DNA from: an uncultured Planctomycetia bacterium | GTDB taxonomy: Bacteria; Planctomycetota; UBA8108 | Direction: 5' to 3' | NCBI GenBank assembly: GCA_964392615.1 | Contig: CAYMRB010000002.1 | Coordinates: 4,243-68,242 of the forward strand | DNA: 64,000 bases | Shown here: in pieces, positions 44,481 through 54,300 of the stretch | How positions within the stretch are numbered: the stretch's first letter is position 1 | How the letters are laid out: each line of letters starts with the position of its first letter | Program-made: the position numbers and the translations under genes | The notes under the pieces: generated by a model | Seen by the model: only the letters and a program-made list of their open reading frames with translations | Told to the model about the DNA's origin: nothing | Databases searched by the model: none

Positions 44481-45585
44481 CGAAGATCCTCCTCGCCTTG
44501 TCGAGTATCCACTGATAGCGTTCGAGGCTGACGTCCGGCGGGCAGGAGTGGTCGGAGTGGAAGATGTAGCCGCCGTCCCACGCGAGTGGCACCTTGCGCT
44601 CGAGCTCGGCCAGAAGGGCGTCTCGACCGCCGGCCATCTTCGTCGCGTCGATATTGCCGTAGAACGCCAGCTCGCGGCCGTAGCGTTCACGGAGCGCGAC
44701 TCCGTCCATGCCTGCCTTGACCTCGAGCGGATTGAGCACCTGGACGCCGGCGTCGATGATGTCGTCGAGGAGCGGCTCGACTTGACCGTCGGTGTGCATC
44801 CAGAACGCGATGTCCTCGGAGCGCAGGAACTCGCCGAGACGCGCGACGTGCGGCTTGAAGATGCTCCGCCACATCTGCGGCGACAGCATCGGTCCTGTCG
44901 AGGAGCCGAGATCGTCCGCGGCGAGAATGCCATCGGGCTTCATGCCGAGCTCGGCGCACCGCCTGAGCGTGGCGATGACGAGATCCTGAAACGTCCCCGC
45001 CATCTCGCTGACCCAATCGGGCTCGAGCGCGAGGTCCATCAGGAGGTTCTCCATGCCGCGGTGCCGCCACGTCGCCTCCATCGGTCCGTAGACCATGAAG
45101 AGGATGTAGCGGTCCGTGGCGCGCAGACGCTCGTACTTCGCGACCGCCTCGCTCCAGGTGGGATACGGGTCGAAGTGGCCGAAGTACTGCACGTCGTCGA
45201 CGCGCGATGGCTCGCGAGGATCGTCCGAGAGACGGAAGCGCTCCTTGATGGCGGTCCACGCGTCCTGGTCCGTCGTCACGTGACGGACGAAGTGCATCGT
45301 CGACGAGAGACCTTCCTGCTTCGTGATCGTGTAGCCGTAGCGATCCTCGTAGGTGATGTTGCCGTCGCGGCGCTCGAGCACCTTCATCTCGAAGCGCGGT
45401 GACGCGTCGACGAACATCATCTCGATGTCGAAGTCGAAGTAGTCCGCGAGGGAGGCGTCGCGCGGAATTCCCTCGTCATACCAGGCCGCCGCGGTCTGCA
45501 TCCACGGCGACTCGTGAACGGGGAGACGGTCCGGCCGCTCGAAGCGCAGCGCCGTCTGAACGCGGTCTCGGGACGTCGGGCTCAC
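44467..45585 (-). CDS. Uroporphyrinogen decarboxylase (URO-D/MtaA-like) family protein, function unknown in this context
   Basis: The 372-aa TIM-barrel-like protein has length and C-terminal blocks (HTDGQVEPLLDDIIDAGVQVLNPLE, YIFHSDHS) reminiscent of the URO-D/methylcobamide methyltransferase superfamily. It is the first gene of the minus-strand operon. Confidence 0.55.
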   Translation of the reverse strand: MSPTSRDRVQTALRFERPDRLPVHESPWMQTAAAWYDEGIPRDASLADYFDFDIEMMFVDASPRFEMKVLERRDGNITYEDRYGYTITKQEGLSSTMHFVRHVTTDQDAWTAIKERFRLSDDPREPSRVDDVQYFGHFDPYPTWSEAVAKYERLRATDRYILFMVYGPMEATWRHRGMENLLMDLALEPDWVSEMAGTFQDLVIATLRRCAELGMKPDGILAADDLGSSTGPMLSPQMWRSIFKPHVARLGEFLRSEDIAFWMHTDGQVEPLLDDIIDAGVQVLNPLEVKAGMDGVALRERYGRELAFYGNIDATKMAGGRDALLAELERKVPLAWDGGYIFHSDHSCPPDVSLERYQWILDKARRIFDDGP

Positions 45586-45734
45586 CGGGGCACTCCCATC
45601 GTGTTCGCAGCGCGCGGATGTCGTCGTAAAGCGCTCGTAGGGGACATCTTAGGACAGTTTCGGTGATCCTGCGAGTGCCGTCCCAGAGTCTTCTCACCGT
45701 CATGAGCAAGATCTCCGGGCGACATTCCCGGAAA

Positions 45735-45765
45735 ATGTTATTGACAGCTGTGGCATGTTATAACA
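45735..45765. promoter_or_regulatory. Candidate GntR-type operator: direct ATGTTAT repeat 20 bp apart, with the second copy inside a perfect palindrome TGTTATAACA
   Basis: ATGTTAT occurs at 45735-45741 and 45755-45761. TGTTATAACA at 45756-45765 is self-complementary and fits the generic GntR-family GT-N(x)-AC operator pattern. It is the most AT-rich spot of the 224-bp divergent intergenic region, 45 nt upstream of the GntR/FCD gene start. Confidence 0.35.
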
Positions 45766-45809
45766 CGCTTGATGTCCACGAGGAAGTGAAAAGCGAACGC
45801 TGAGTTGCC

Positions 45810-46511
45810 ATGAAAGAAACCCTCGCTCGACGCGCCTACGAACAGCTCCGGCTCAAGCTCTCGCGGGGCGAATTCCCGCCGGGGACGCGCCTCGTCAACC
45901 GCACCCTCGCGAAGGAGCTCGGCGTCAGCTTCACGCCGGTGCGCGAGGCGATCAACCAGCTCGCGAGCGAGGGTCTGGTCGAGTACGTGCGCGGCGGTGG
46001 CGCGTTCGTGCGGCACATCGACCGGCGTGATGTCGCGCAGCTCTACGACCTGCGCTCGGTCATCGAGCCGTTCGCGGTCGCTGAAGCGGCGAAGCACATC
46101 TCCGAGCACGAGATCGAGGAGCTGCAGGAAATCTGCGATGACTGGCTCGAGCTGGCGGACGCTATTCGCACCAGCGACAGCCAGGTGGCGACGCAGGAGC
46201 AGGCGTTCCTGTGGGCCGCCGCCGAGGAGCGGTTTCACCACGTGCTGATCGACGCGGCGCGGAACCGGTGGCTCGCGAAGGTCGCGAAGGATCTGCTACT
46301 CGCGTCGCAGGCATTCGCGCCGCTGCGGTCCGCCAGTGAGCTCCTGACGCCGGGCGTGGCAGCCATCACTTGTGAGGATCACGCGAACCTCGTGGGCATT
46401 CTGCGTCGCCGAGACGCGGAGGCCGCGAGCGCATGGATGGTCGAGCACATCCGCGTCGGGCGGCAATACGTGCTCGACTTCCTGCGTCAATCGAACCAAC
46501 GGTCGGATTGA
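45810..46511 (+). CDS. GntR-family transcriptional regulator, FadR/FCD subfamily (NanR-like)
   Basis: wHTH segment LVNRTLAKELGVSFTPVREAINQLASEGLVEYVRGGGAFV, followed by an all-helical FCD-type effector domain (LYDLRSVIEPFAV...FHHVLIDAARN). Confidence 0.8.
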   Translation: MKETLARRAYEQLRLKLSRGEFPPGTRLVNRTLAKELGVSFTPVREAINQLASEGLVEYVRGGGAFVRHIDRRDVAQLYDLRSVIEPFAVAEAAKHISEHEIEELQEICDDWLELADAIRTSDSQVATQEQAFLWAAAEERFHHVLIDAARNRWLAKVAKDLLLASQAFAPLRSASELLTPGVAAITCEDHANLVGILRRRDAEAASAWMVEHIRVGRQYVLDFLRQSNQRSD

Positions 46512-46563
46512 ACGAACGATGTCGGCGCGCAGCGCCACTCGACGGATTGAAGGGTCTGAGAGG

Positions 46564-49500
46564 ATGAGCGACATGTCACGGAGAAGGCTCGTACTGCTTC
46601 TAACAGTGTGCGCTTCGTGCGCGTGGGCGACGACGGCTTCGGCTCTCGACGGCATGAAGGACTCGACGCAGTTTCCCCATGCGCTCGAGTTCGAGACCGA
46701 CGGTGAGATTCCGTCAGTCGAGGGCGCTGCCGATGGCTGGCAGGAAACCGTGTGGACCATCGACGGCGCCTCCGCGCCGAGTCTCAGCGTCGCCGGCGGC
46801 GTGATGACGGTCGATACCGTCGGCGTCGGCGGCGGGCACGACCTGCGTCTGCCCGTCGGCACATCGGCGTGGGCTGCGGAGGTCGGTCCGGATACGTCGT
46901 ACACGTTCGAGGCGCGATTGAAGGTCACCGCGCAGGGCGGTAGCGATCCGGGCTTCACGTTCTGGCTCGGCAACGGTGTCGCGGCCGAGACGGCGGTCGT
47001 GCAAGTGCGCACCGACGAGGTCATGTACGGGCGCACGACGCAGGTCCTTCATGAGGGCGACAACGCGGCGGAGTTCGTCACGGTTCGCATCGCCCACGAC
47101 GGCGAGACCGGGCTGCACACGATCTACCGCAACGGCGTAGCGATCGGTAGCGACCTCGGCCCGTCCGATCTCCAGCACGGGAACAACTGGGTCATCCTCG
47201 TCGACTTCGGCGGTGCCAACGAGGTGGCGGCCGTCGTCGATTACGTCCGCTGGGACGCGACGGGCGCGTACGAGCCGGACGACGGTACCCGCGACGCGAG
47301 CGAGCTCGCGCACAAGCTGCTCTTCGAGACCGACGGCGAGCTGCCGTCCGTCGAAGGCGCGGCCGACGGTTGGGGCGAGCGCGCCTGGCATACGCTGGCC
47401 GGCGTCTCGGCCTCGGGTCGACCGACGCTCGAGGTCTCGGGCGGCTGGCTGCGGTACGACTCGTTCACCGGTGACGGAACGAGCTCGTCCGGTGGCGAGT
47501 GGATTCAGAACGGACGGGGCTCCAGTGCGTGGGCGGGCGAGGTCGTCGCTGCCGGGGCGTCGTACACCCTCGAGGTCAGCATCCGCGTGACGAGCGCGGC
47601 TGGCGGCGGCACGATCCTTTGGGTCGGCAACGGATCGAACCTCTTGAACCTCAAGGTGAGCACCGACGCGCTCGCCGCCGGTGGCGGTTTCGGCGTGGAG
47701 GGGCTGGACAACTCGTCGGCTCCGGTGACGCTTCGCCTGGCATACGACGCGTCGGCAGGAACCTACGACATCTGGCACGACGAGGCGCTCGTCGGCGACG
47801 ACGTGACCCCGGCGGATGGCAACGACGACCGGATGATCCTGATCGACTGCTGCTCGAGCCTCGCGTCCGCTGGCGAGATCGACTACGTGCGCTGGACGGC
47901 CGCGGGAGCCCTCGATCCGTCGACGGCCTCCTCGACGTTCGCTCACGCGCTGGAGTTCGAAACCGACGGTGAGCTGCCGCAGTTCGAGGGCGCCGCGGAC
48001 GGATGGACGATGACCGGCGGCTGGAAGGTCGACGGTGCGCCGCCGAGCCTCGACGTGGTCGACGGCTTGCTGCAGTTCGATACGTTCACGGTCAACGGCG
48101 GCACGGGAGGAGCTCCCGATATCCACATGGAAGGCGGATCGGCGTGGGAGGCCGAGGTCGTGACGCCCGGAGCGTCGTTCACGCTCGAGGTCGGACTTCG
48201 GGTCCTCGATGCGTCGTCGAGCGGTGTCGCGCTGTTTCTCGGCAGCGGCAGTCGACGTCTGATCCTCAACGTCTCTCCGAGCGCCGTGCTCACCAACTCG
48301 GGCGAGGGCACGCTGCACGAGGGGGACAACGCGTCGGAGCTCGTGGCGATTCGCGTCGGCTTCGACAGCGCGACGGCGCGGCACTACGTGTGGCGCAACG
48401 GCATCCTGATTGGCGACGGTCTCGAGGCCCAGGCGCATGGTGACGCGCGCTGCATCCTGCTCGACACGTCGAGCGGCTTCGCGATCCGCGGCGAGCTCGA
48501 CTATGTGTGCTGGGAGGCGGGGCTGTACCCGCCGCCGGACTCCGGTGAGGACAATGAGGCCCCAGCCCCGCCGACCGGTCTCGTCGCCGAAGCGGGCGTC
48601 TCGACCGTGAGTCTCGACTGGGACTCGAACTCGGAAGACGACGTCGCCGGCTACAACGTCTATCGCTCCGAGACGAGCGGCGGTCCCCACGCTCTCCTCG
48701 CCGACGGCGTCGGGCAGAGCGCGTTCGTCGACGACACGGTGGCGAACGGAACGGAATACTTCTACGTCGTGACCGCCGTCGACGCTTCCGAGAACGAGTC
48801 GGACGCGTCGGACGAGGCGAGCGCGACGCCGGGCTTCGGCGGGGAAGCTGAGGCGGACGCGTTCGGTCACTGTCTGCACTTCGAGGTCGACGGCGAGCTG
48901 CCGAACGTCGAGGGAGTCGCGGACGGCGTGATGCTCGACGCGAGCTGGAACGCGACGCCGGATGTGCCGCCGACGATGACGGTCTCCGACGGACTGGTGC
49001 ACTTCGAGTCCGCCCTGCCCGGTCAGCACGCGATCACGATGACGGCCGGCTCCGCGTGGAACACCGAGGTCGGCGCCAGCGGCACGTACACGATCGAGGC
49101 GAGCCTGAGCGTGACGTCCGCTACGCAGGGTTTCGTGTTCTGGGTCGAGGGCGGTGGACGTCGATTGATCCTGCGCGTCGACACGAACGGCATCTTCACG
49201 TGGGACGGCGCGCAGCTCCACGAGGGCGACAACGCGTCGCGACTGGTGCTCGTCCGCGTCGGATACGAGCCGATCGGCGGCCTCTACTACGTGTGGCGCA
49301 ACGGCATCCTGATCGGCGACGGCGTCGCGCCCAGCGCGTCGACCGGCGACGCCCGCGTCTTCCTGATCGATTGCTGCTCGAGCACTCAGGCGACCGGCGC
49401 GATGGACTATCTCTGCTGGGACGCGACCGGCATCTATCCGCCGGCGTCGATCGTCGACGAGGTGCCGCCCGCGGCGCCGACGGGCCTCGCGGCCACGGGC

Positions 49501-51231
49501 GGGATCGGCGCGGTGATGCTCGACTGGGACTCCAACGCCGAGGACGACCTCGCGAGCTACAACGCATACCGCTCCGAGTCGCCCGGCGGCCCGTACGAGC
49601 TCATCGCCGAAGGCGTCGGCTCGAGCGACTATGTCGATACGACGGCCATCAACGGCACGACGTACCATTACGTCGTCACTGCCGTCGACGGTTCGGACAA
49701 CGAGTCCGACGCATCGGACGAGGCGAGCGCGGCGCCGAGCGCGCCCGACGAGCTCGGCGCCTCGACCTTCGCGCACTGCCTGCTGTTCGAGACCAACGGC
49801 GAGCTGCCGTCGGTCGAGGGCGCCGGCGATGGGTGGGCAGAGGACGCGTCGTGGAACCAGAACGATCCGGATCCGCCGACGCTCGCCGTCTTCGGCGGTC
49901 GGCTGATCTTCGACTCCGCGCTCGCGGGGCAGCACGCAATCACGATGTGGGAAGGCTCGGCATGGGAAGCGGAGATCGACGCGAGCGTGTCGTACACCAT
50001 GGAGCTCGACGTCAAGGTGAACGCGAGCGCCGGCGACGCTTCGGGCGTGACCGTGTGGCTCGCCAACGGCAGCACGCGATTGATCCTGCGCGTCGACACG
50101 AACGGTGTCTACACGTGGGCGGGCGATGAGCTCGACGCGAGCGACAACTCGGCCGAGTTCGCGACGATCCGCGTCGGCTACGATGCGCTCGGCGGTCTGT
50201 ACTACGTGTGGCGCAACGGCGTGCTGATCGGGGATGGCGTGCCGCCCAGCGGCAGTACTGCGCGCACGGCCGTGTTCCTGATCGACTGCTGCACGTCGGT
50301 GCAGGTCACCGGCGAGTTCGACTCGGTGTGCTGGACGGCCGACGGCATCTACGGGCCGGACCTCACGGCGCCGGATGCGCCGACCGGTCTCGGTGCCACT
50401 GGCGGTGAAGGCGAGGTTGCGCTCGACTGGGACGACAACGCCGACGCGGACCTCGCGGCCTACGATGTGCTGCGATCCGAGATGGCCGGTGGGCCGTACG
50501 ACGTGATCGCAAGCGATGTCGCGACGAGCTCGTACGTCGATACGGACGTCGTCAACGGCACGACGTACCACTACGTCGTCGTCGCCGTCGACACGAGCGG
50601 CAATCTCTCCGGCGCTTCGAACGAGGCGTCGGCGACTCCGGAGGACGTCACCGCGCCGAGCGCGCCTACGGGGCTCATGGCGGTCGGCGGTGACGCGGAG
50701 GTCATTCTCGACTGGGACGACAACGCCGAGGCTGACCTCGCGAGCTACAGCGTGCTGCGCTCGGAGACGACCGGCGGGCCGTACACCGAGGTCGCGAGCG
50801 GCCTCGCGACGAGCGATTGGGTCGATACCGCCGTCGTGAACGGTACGACGTACTACTACGTGGTGACGGCTACAGACACGGCGGACAACGAGTCCGACGA
50901 GTCGGTCGAAGCCGAAGCGACGCCGCTCGAGCCTGGCGGCCTCCAGCTGCCCGGCGACTGCAACCAGGACGGCGAGGTCGATGTGTCGGACGCTCTCTGC
51001 CTGTTCGGCTTCCTGTTCACCGGCGTGACTCCGGAGCTGCCCTGCGGCGATGGCTCGATTGACGATCCTGCGAACCTCACTCTGTTGAACTACAACGCTG
51101 GCACGGACCAGCAGCTCGACATCTCCGACGGCATCGCCGCGCTGGGCTACCTGTTCCTCGGCGGCCCGCCGCACGCCCTCGGTGAGGAGTGCATCCGCAT
51201 CGTCGACTGTGCGGACGTCTGTACCCCTTGA
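46564..51231 (+). CDS. Giant secreted repeat protein A: 5 copies of an uncharacterised ~200-aa module, 4 FN3 domains and a dockerin-like tail
   Basis: GAGAGG precedes the ATG at 46564. Signal peptide MSDMSRRRLVLLLTVCASCAWATTASA. The modules and FN3 domains are as listed in the repeat features. The antisense 1534-aa ORF is Arg-rich junk. Confidence 0.8.
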   Translation: MSDMSRRRLVLLLTVCASCAWATTASALDGMKDSTQFPHALEFETDGEIPSVEGAADGWQETVWTIDGASAPSLSVAGGVMTVDTVGVGGGHDLRLPVGTSAWAAEVGPDTSYTFEARLKVTAQGGSDPGFTFWLGNGVAAETAVVQVRTDEVMYGRTTQVLHEGDNAAEFVTVRIAHDGETGLHTIYRNGVAIGSDLGPSDLQHGNNWVILVDFGGANEVAAVVDYVRWDATGAYEPDDGTRDASELAHKLLFETDGELPSVEGAADGWGERAWHTLAGVSASGRPTLEVSGGWLRYDSFTGDGTSSSGGEWIQNGRGSSAWAGEVVAAGASYTLEVSIRVTSAAGGGTILWVGNGSNLLNLKVSTDALAAGGGFGVEGLDNSSAPVTLRLAYDASAGTYDIWHDEALVGDDVTPADGNDDRMILIDCCSSLASAGEIDYVRWTAAGALDPSTASSTFAHALEFETDGELPQFEGAADGWTMTGGWKVDGAPPSLDVVDGLLQFDTFTVNGGTGGAPDIHMEGGSAWEAEVVTPGASFTLEVGLRVLDASSSGVALFLGSGSRRLILNVSPSAVLTNSGEGTLHEGDNASELVAIRVGFDSATARHYVWRNGILIGDGLEAQAHGDARCILLDTSSGFAIRGELDYVCWEAGLYPPPDSGEDNEAPAPPTGLVAEAGVSTVSLDWDSNSEDDVAGYNVYRSETSGGPHALLADGVGQSAFVDDTVANGTEYFYVVTAVDASENESDASDEASATPGFGGEAEADAFGHCLHFEVDGELPNVEGVADGVMLDASWNATPDVPPTMTVSDGLVHFESALPGQHAITMTAGSAWNTEVGASGTYTIEASLSVTSATQGFVFWVEGGGRRLILRVDTNGIFTWDGAQLHEGDNASRLVLVRVGYEPIGGLYYVWRNGILIGDGVAPSASTGDARVFLIDCCSSTQATGAMDYLCWDATGIYPPASIVDEVPPAAPTGLAATGGIGAVMLDWDSNAEDDLASYNAYRSESPGGPYELIAEGVGSSDYVDTTAINGTTYHYVVTAVDGSDNESDASDEASAAPSAPDELGASTFAHCLLFETNGELPSVEGAGDGWAEDASWNQNDPDPPTLAVFGGRLIFDSALAGQHAITMWEGSAWEAEIDASVSYTMELDVKVNASAGDASGVTVWLANGSTRLILRVDTNGVYTWAGDELDASDNSAEFATIRVGYDALGGLYYVWRNGVLIGDGVPPSGSTARTAVFLIDCCTSVQVTGEFDSVCWTADGIYGPDLTAPDAPTGLGATGGEGEVALDWDDNADADLAAYDVLRSEMAGGPYDVIASDVATSSYVDTDVVNGTTYHYVVVAVDTSGNLSGASNEASATPEDVTAPSAPTGLMAVGGDAEVILDWDDNAEADLASYSVLRSETTGGPYTEVASGLATSDWVDTAVVNGTTYYYVVTATDTADNESDESVEAEATPLEPGGLQLPGDCNQDGEVDVSDALCLFGFLFTGVTPELPCGDGSIDDPANLTLLNYNAGTDQQLDISDGIAALGYLFLGGPPHALGEECIRIVDCADVCTP
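46672..47277 (+). repeat. Repeat module copy A1 (divergent, no CC pair)
   Basis: FPHALEFETDGEIPSVEGAADGW ... TSAWAAEV ... SYTFEA ... LHEGDNAAEFVTVRIAHD ... IYRNGVAIG ... VVDYVRWDATGAYEP. Confidence 0.8.
47305..47919 (+). repeat. Repeat module copy A2
   Basis: LAHKLLFETDGELPSVEGAADGW ... SSAWAGEV ... SYTLEV ... YDIWHDEALVGD ... ILIDCCSS ... EIDYVRWTAAGALDP. Confidence 0.8.
47938..48534 (+). repeat. Repeat module copy A3 (no CC pair)
   Basis: FAHALEFETDGELPQFEGAADGW ... GSAWEAEV ... LHEGDNASELVAIRVGFD ... HYVWRNGILIGDG ... ELDYVCWEAGLYPP. Confidence 0.8.
48862..49443 (+). repeat. Repeat module copy A4
   Basis: FGHCLHFEVDGELPNVEGVADG ... GSAWNTEV ... RRLILRVDTNG ... LHEGDNASRLVLVRVGYE ... YYVWRNGILIGDG ... 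FLIDCCSS ... MDYLCWDATGIYPP. Confidence 0.85.
49768..50358 (+). repeat. Repeat module copy A5
   Basis: FAHCLLFETNGELPSVEGAGDGW ... GSAWEAEI ... SYTMEL ... TRLILRVDTNG ... YYVWRNGVLIGDG ... FLIDCCTSVQ ... EFDSVCWTADGIYGP. Confidence 0.85.
50941..51228 (+). other. Dockerin-like double EF-hand module with a Cys-rich tail (C-terminus of giant protein A)
   Basis: PGDCNQDGEVDVSDALCLFGFLFTG...LPCGDGSIDDPANLTLLNYNAGTDQQLDISDGIAALGYLFLGGPPHALGEECIRIVDCADVCTP. Confidence 0.75.
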
Positions 51232-51316
51232 CGAACGAGGAGAACGAGCCGCGGCGCCTTCTTCCAGCGGGCGCCCGGCTCGCAATCCCTTCCGAATGAT
51301 CCCGAAAGGAAACGAC

Positions 51317-54300
51317 ATGTCGATCCCACGACGACTCCTGGCGGTATCGATCGGCTTCGTGCTGACGATGCCGTGCTATGCGGGCTTCGAGCGGGCCGAG
51401 TCGATCGACTTCGAGCACTTTCTCGAGTTCGAAGACGATGGCGTCTTGCCGTCGGCCGAGGGCCTCGCGGATGGTTGGCTCGAGGATGCGGTCTGGAACA
51501 TCGACGGCGACACGCCTCCGATGCTGAGCGTCGCTGACGGTTTGCTACGCTTCCAGTCCGTCCCGGCGGGCCAGCAGTCCATCACCATGTGGGGCGGCTC
51601 GGCGTGGGAGACGGAGGTGACTCCGGAGACGTCGTACACGATGGAGGTACGCGTCCGCGTGCTCGCGGCTGGCGGCGCGCAGCCGGGCGTGGTTCTGTGG
51701 CTCGCGAACGGTCAGAGACGATTGATTCTCCGCGTCGGCGTCGACGGGCTCTTCACGTGGGGGGGCGAGCAGCTCGACGCAGGCGACAACTCGACCGACT
51801 TCGTCACGATTCGCGTCGCCTATCATGCTGCCAGCGCCACGTATTGGGTTTGGCGTAACGACGTCCTGGTTGGCAATCGCGTGCCGGACAGCGGCGCAGC
51901 CGCCCAGGGGCGGACGGCGGTCTTTCTGATCGACTGCTGCACGTCGGTCGAGGTCGAAGGCGAGCTCGACTGGGTGCGCTGGGACGCGACCGAGGCCTTC
52001 GCGCCTCCCGCCGATCCGGACGACGAAACCGCACCTCCGGCGCCGACGGGCCTCGCCGCGGTCGGCGAGGACGGTCGCGTGCTGCTCGACTGGGACGACA
52101 ACACCGACGACGAGTTCGTGTGTTATGCCCTCTACCGTTCCGAAGACGCGGGCGGCCCGTTCGACCTCGTCGACGACGCTCTCTTCACGAGCGAGGCGAT
52201 CGACACGGATGTCGCGAATGGCACGACGTACCACTACGTCGTCCGCGCGGTCGACGCGAACGACAACGAGTCGGACGAGTCGAACGAGGCGAACGCGACG
52301 CCGTCGTCGGGCGTCGACGTGACGGCTCCGGAGATGCCGGTCGGCCTCATCGCGACGTCGCGCGGCGGCGCGATCTTCCTCGACTGGAACGACAACCTCG
52401 AGGGCGACCTCGCCGGCTACATCGTCAGTCGCTCGGAGGTCGCCGGCGGCCCGTACGCCGTCCTCGCGGACGACGTGACGATCAGCGAGTTCGAGGATGA
52501 CGCCGTCGCGGCGCAGACGCGTTACTACTACATCGTCGCGGCGTACGACGATGCGGACAATGCGTCCGACCCGACGCCGGAGGTCAGCTCCATCGTCACG
52601 ATCGGTATCGACGACGAGATCGAGAAGGAGGCGGAGGACTTCCCGCACAAGCTGCTCTTCGACGTCGACGGGCTTCTGCCGACCGAGGAGGGAGCCGATG
52701 ACGGCTGGACGATGGAGGCGTTCAACATCGGCGAGGGTGCGGCGCCGCCGAGCGTCGACGTGGTCGACGGACACCTCGCCTTCGAGACGGTTCTCGCCGG
52801 CCAATGGTCGCTGACGAACAACGGCGGCGCGTGGACGGCGGAGATCGACCCCACCGTGTCGTACACGTTCGAGGTCGCCATTCGGGTCACCGCTGCCAGC
52901 GGCGGAGTCCCGGGCGCGGTGATGTGGCTCGCCAACGGTCAGGAGCGTCTGGTCCTCGTCATCGGCACGGACAGCGTTTCGACGTGGTCCGGCACCCAAC
53001 TTCACGAAGGGGACAACTCCACGGAGTTCGTGTCGTTTCGCATCGCGTACGATGCCGCGAGCGGGCTGTACTTCGTCTGGCGGGACGGAGCCCTGATCGG
53101 CACGGAGATCCCCGCCGACGCCGCGGACGGTCGCACGGCCCTCTTCCTGCTCGACTGCTGTTCGACCGTGCAAGCGGCCGGCGAGGTCGACTACGTGTGC
53201 TGGGACGCCTCGGGTGCGTACTGGCCGCCGGTCGACGAAGGCGACGTGACAGCTCCCGACGCACCGACGGGTCTCGCCGCGGTGGCCGAGGAGTCGCGCG
53301 TCACGTTGAGCTGGGAGGAGAATTCGGAGCCGGATCTCGGCTCGTACCAGGTGGGACGCAGCGAGGACTCCGGCGGCCCGTACGAGATCATCGCCGAGAC
53401 GGGAGCGACGTCGTACGACGACGAGGCCGTCGTCAACGGGACGACGTACTTCTATGTCGTCTACGCCGTCGACGTGAACCGCAACGTTTCGGATCCGTCC
53501 GACGAGGTCGAGGCCACGCCGGAGGAAGGTGTCGACCTCACGGCGCCGGCGGCACCGACGGGCCTGCGCGCCGTGGTGACGCAGTTTGCCGAGGTCGCGC
53601 TGAGCTGGAATCTCGGCCCGGAGTTCGACCTCGACACGTACAACGTGTACCGATCCGAAACGGCCGGTGGGCCGTACGATATCATCGCCGAGGCGCTTTC
53701 GTTCTTCGAGGCCTCGTACACCGACGATGCCGTCGACCTGGGGACCACGTACTACTACGTCGTCACGGCGGTCGATGTGTCAGGCAACGAGTCCGAGTAC
53801 TCGGCAGAAGAGAGCGCCACACCGGAGGAGTTCGAGGGCTTCCCGGAGCGCGACGCGATGACCTTTGCGCACAAGCTCCTCTTCGAGGACGACGGCGTGC
53901 TACCGTCGGTCGAAGGAGCGGACGACGGCTGGGCCGAGGACGCCGCGTGGAACATCGGCGGTGACGTGGCCCCGTCGCTCGACGTGGTCGACGGGCTGCT
54001 GCAGTTCGAGTCGGTCCTGCCCGGACAGCAGTCGATCAAGCTGGAGGCCGGTTCGGCCTGGGCGGCCGAGGTCGATCCGGAGACGTCGTACACGTTCGAG
54101 GTGGGCCTGCGCATGATTGCGACGGATGCTCCGAATCCGGGCGCCTCCCTGTGGTTCGCCAACGGCGGGACACGGTTGATTCTGCGCGTTGATCTGAACG
54201 GTCTGTACACGTGGTCCGGTCAGCAGCTCAGTGACGAGGACAACACGGCGGACTTCGTGGCCCTCCGCGTCGCGTACGACGCCGCCCGCGGCGTGTACTT

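Noticed and set aside
45741-45746. A perfect TTGACA hexamer in the divergent intergenic region, considered as a sigma-70 -35 box.
   Set aside because: The only TATAAT-like hexamer downstream (TATAAC, 45759-45764) is 12 nt away rather than 16-18 nt, and the hexamer at the correct spacing (CACGCT) is poor. Promoter consensus in this lineage is unknown to me, so I make no promoter call. The hexamer overlaps the first ATGTTAT repeat.
46714-51318. A 1534-aa ORF on the minus strand spanning giant gene A. Similar cases are 51545-53173, 53900-54850, 54929-55855 and 57857-58960.
   Set aside because: It is antisense to a frame that encodes recognisable FN3, dockerin-like and repeat-module sequence. 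Its translation is Arg/Ala/Gly/Val-rich, nearly devoid of Lys/Asn/Tyr/Phe/Trp and has no recognisable motif. This is the typical open antisense frame of GC-rich coding DNA.
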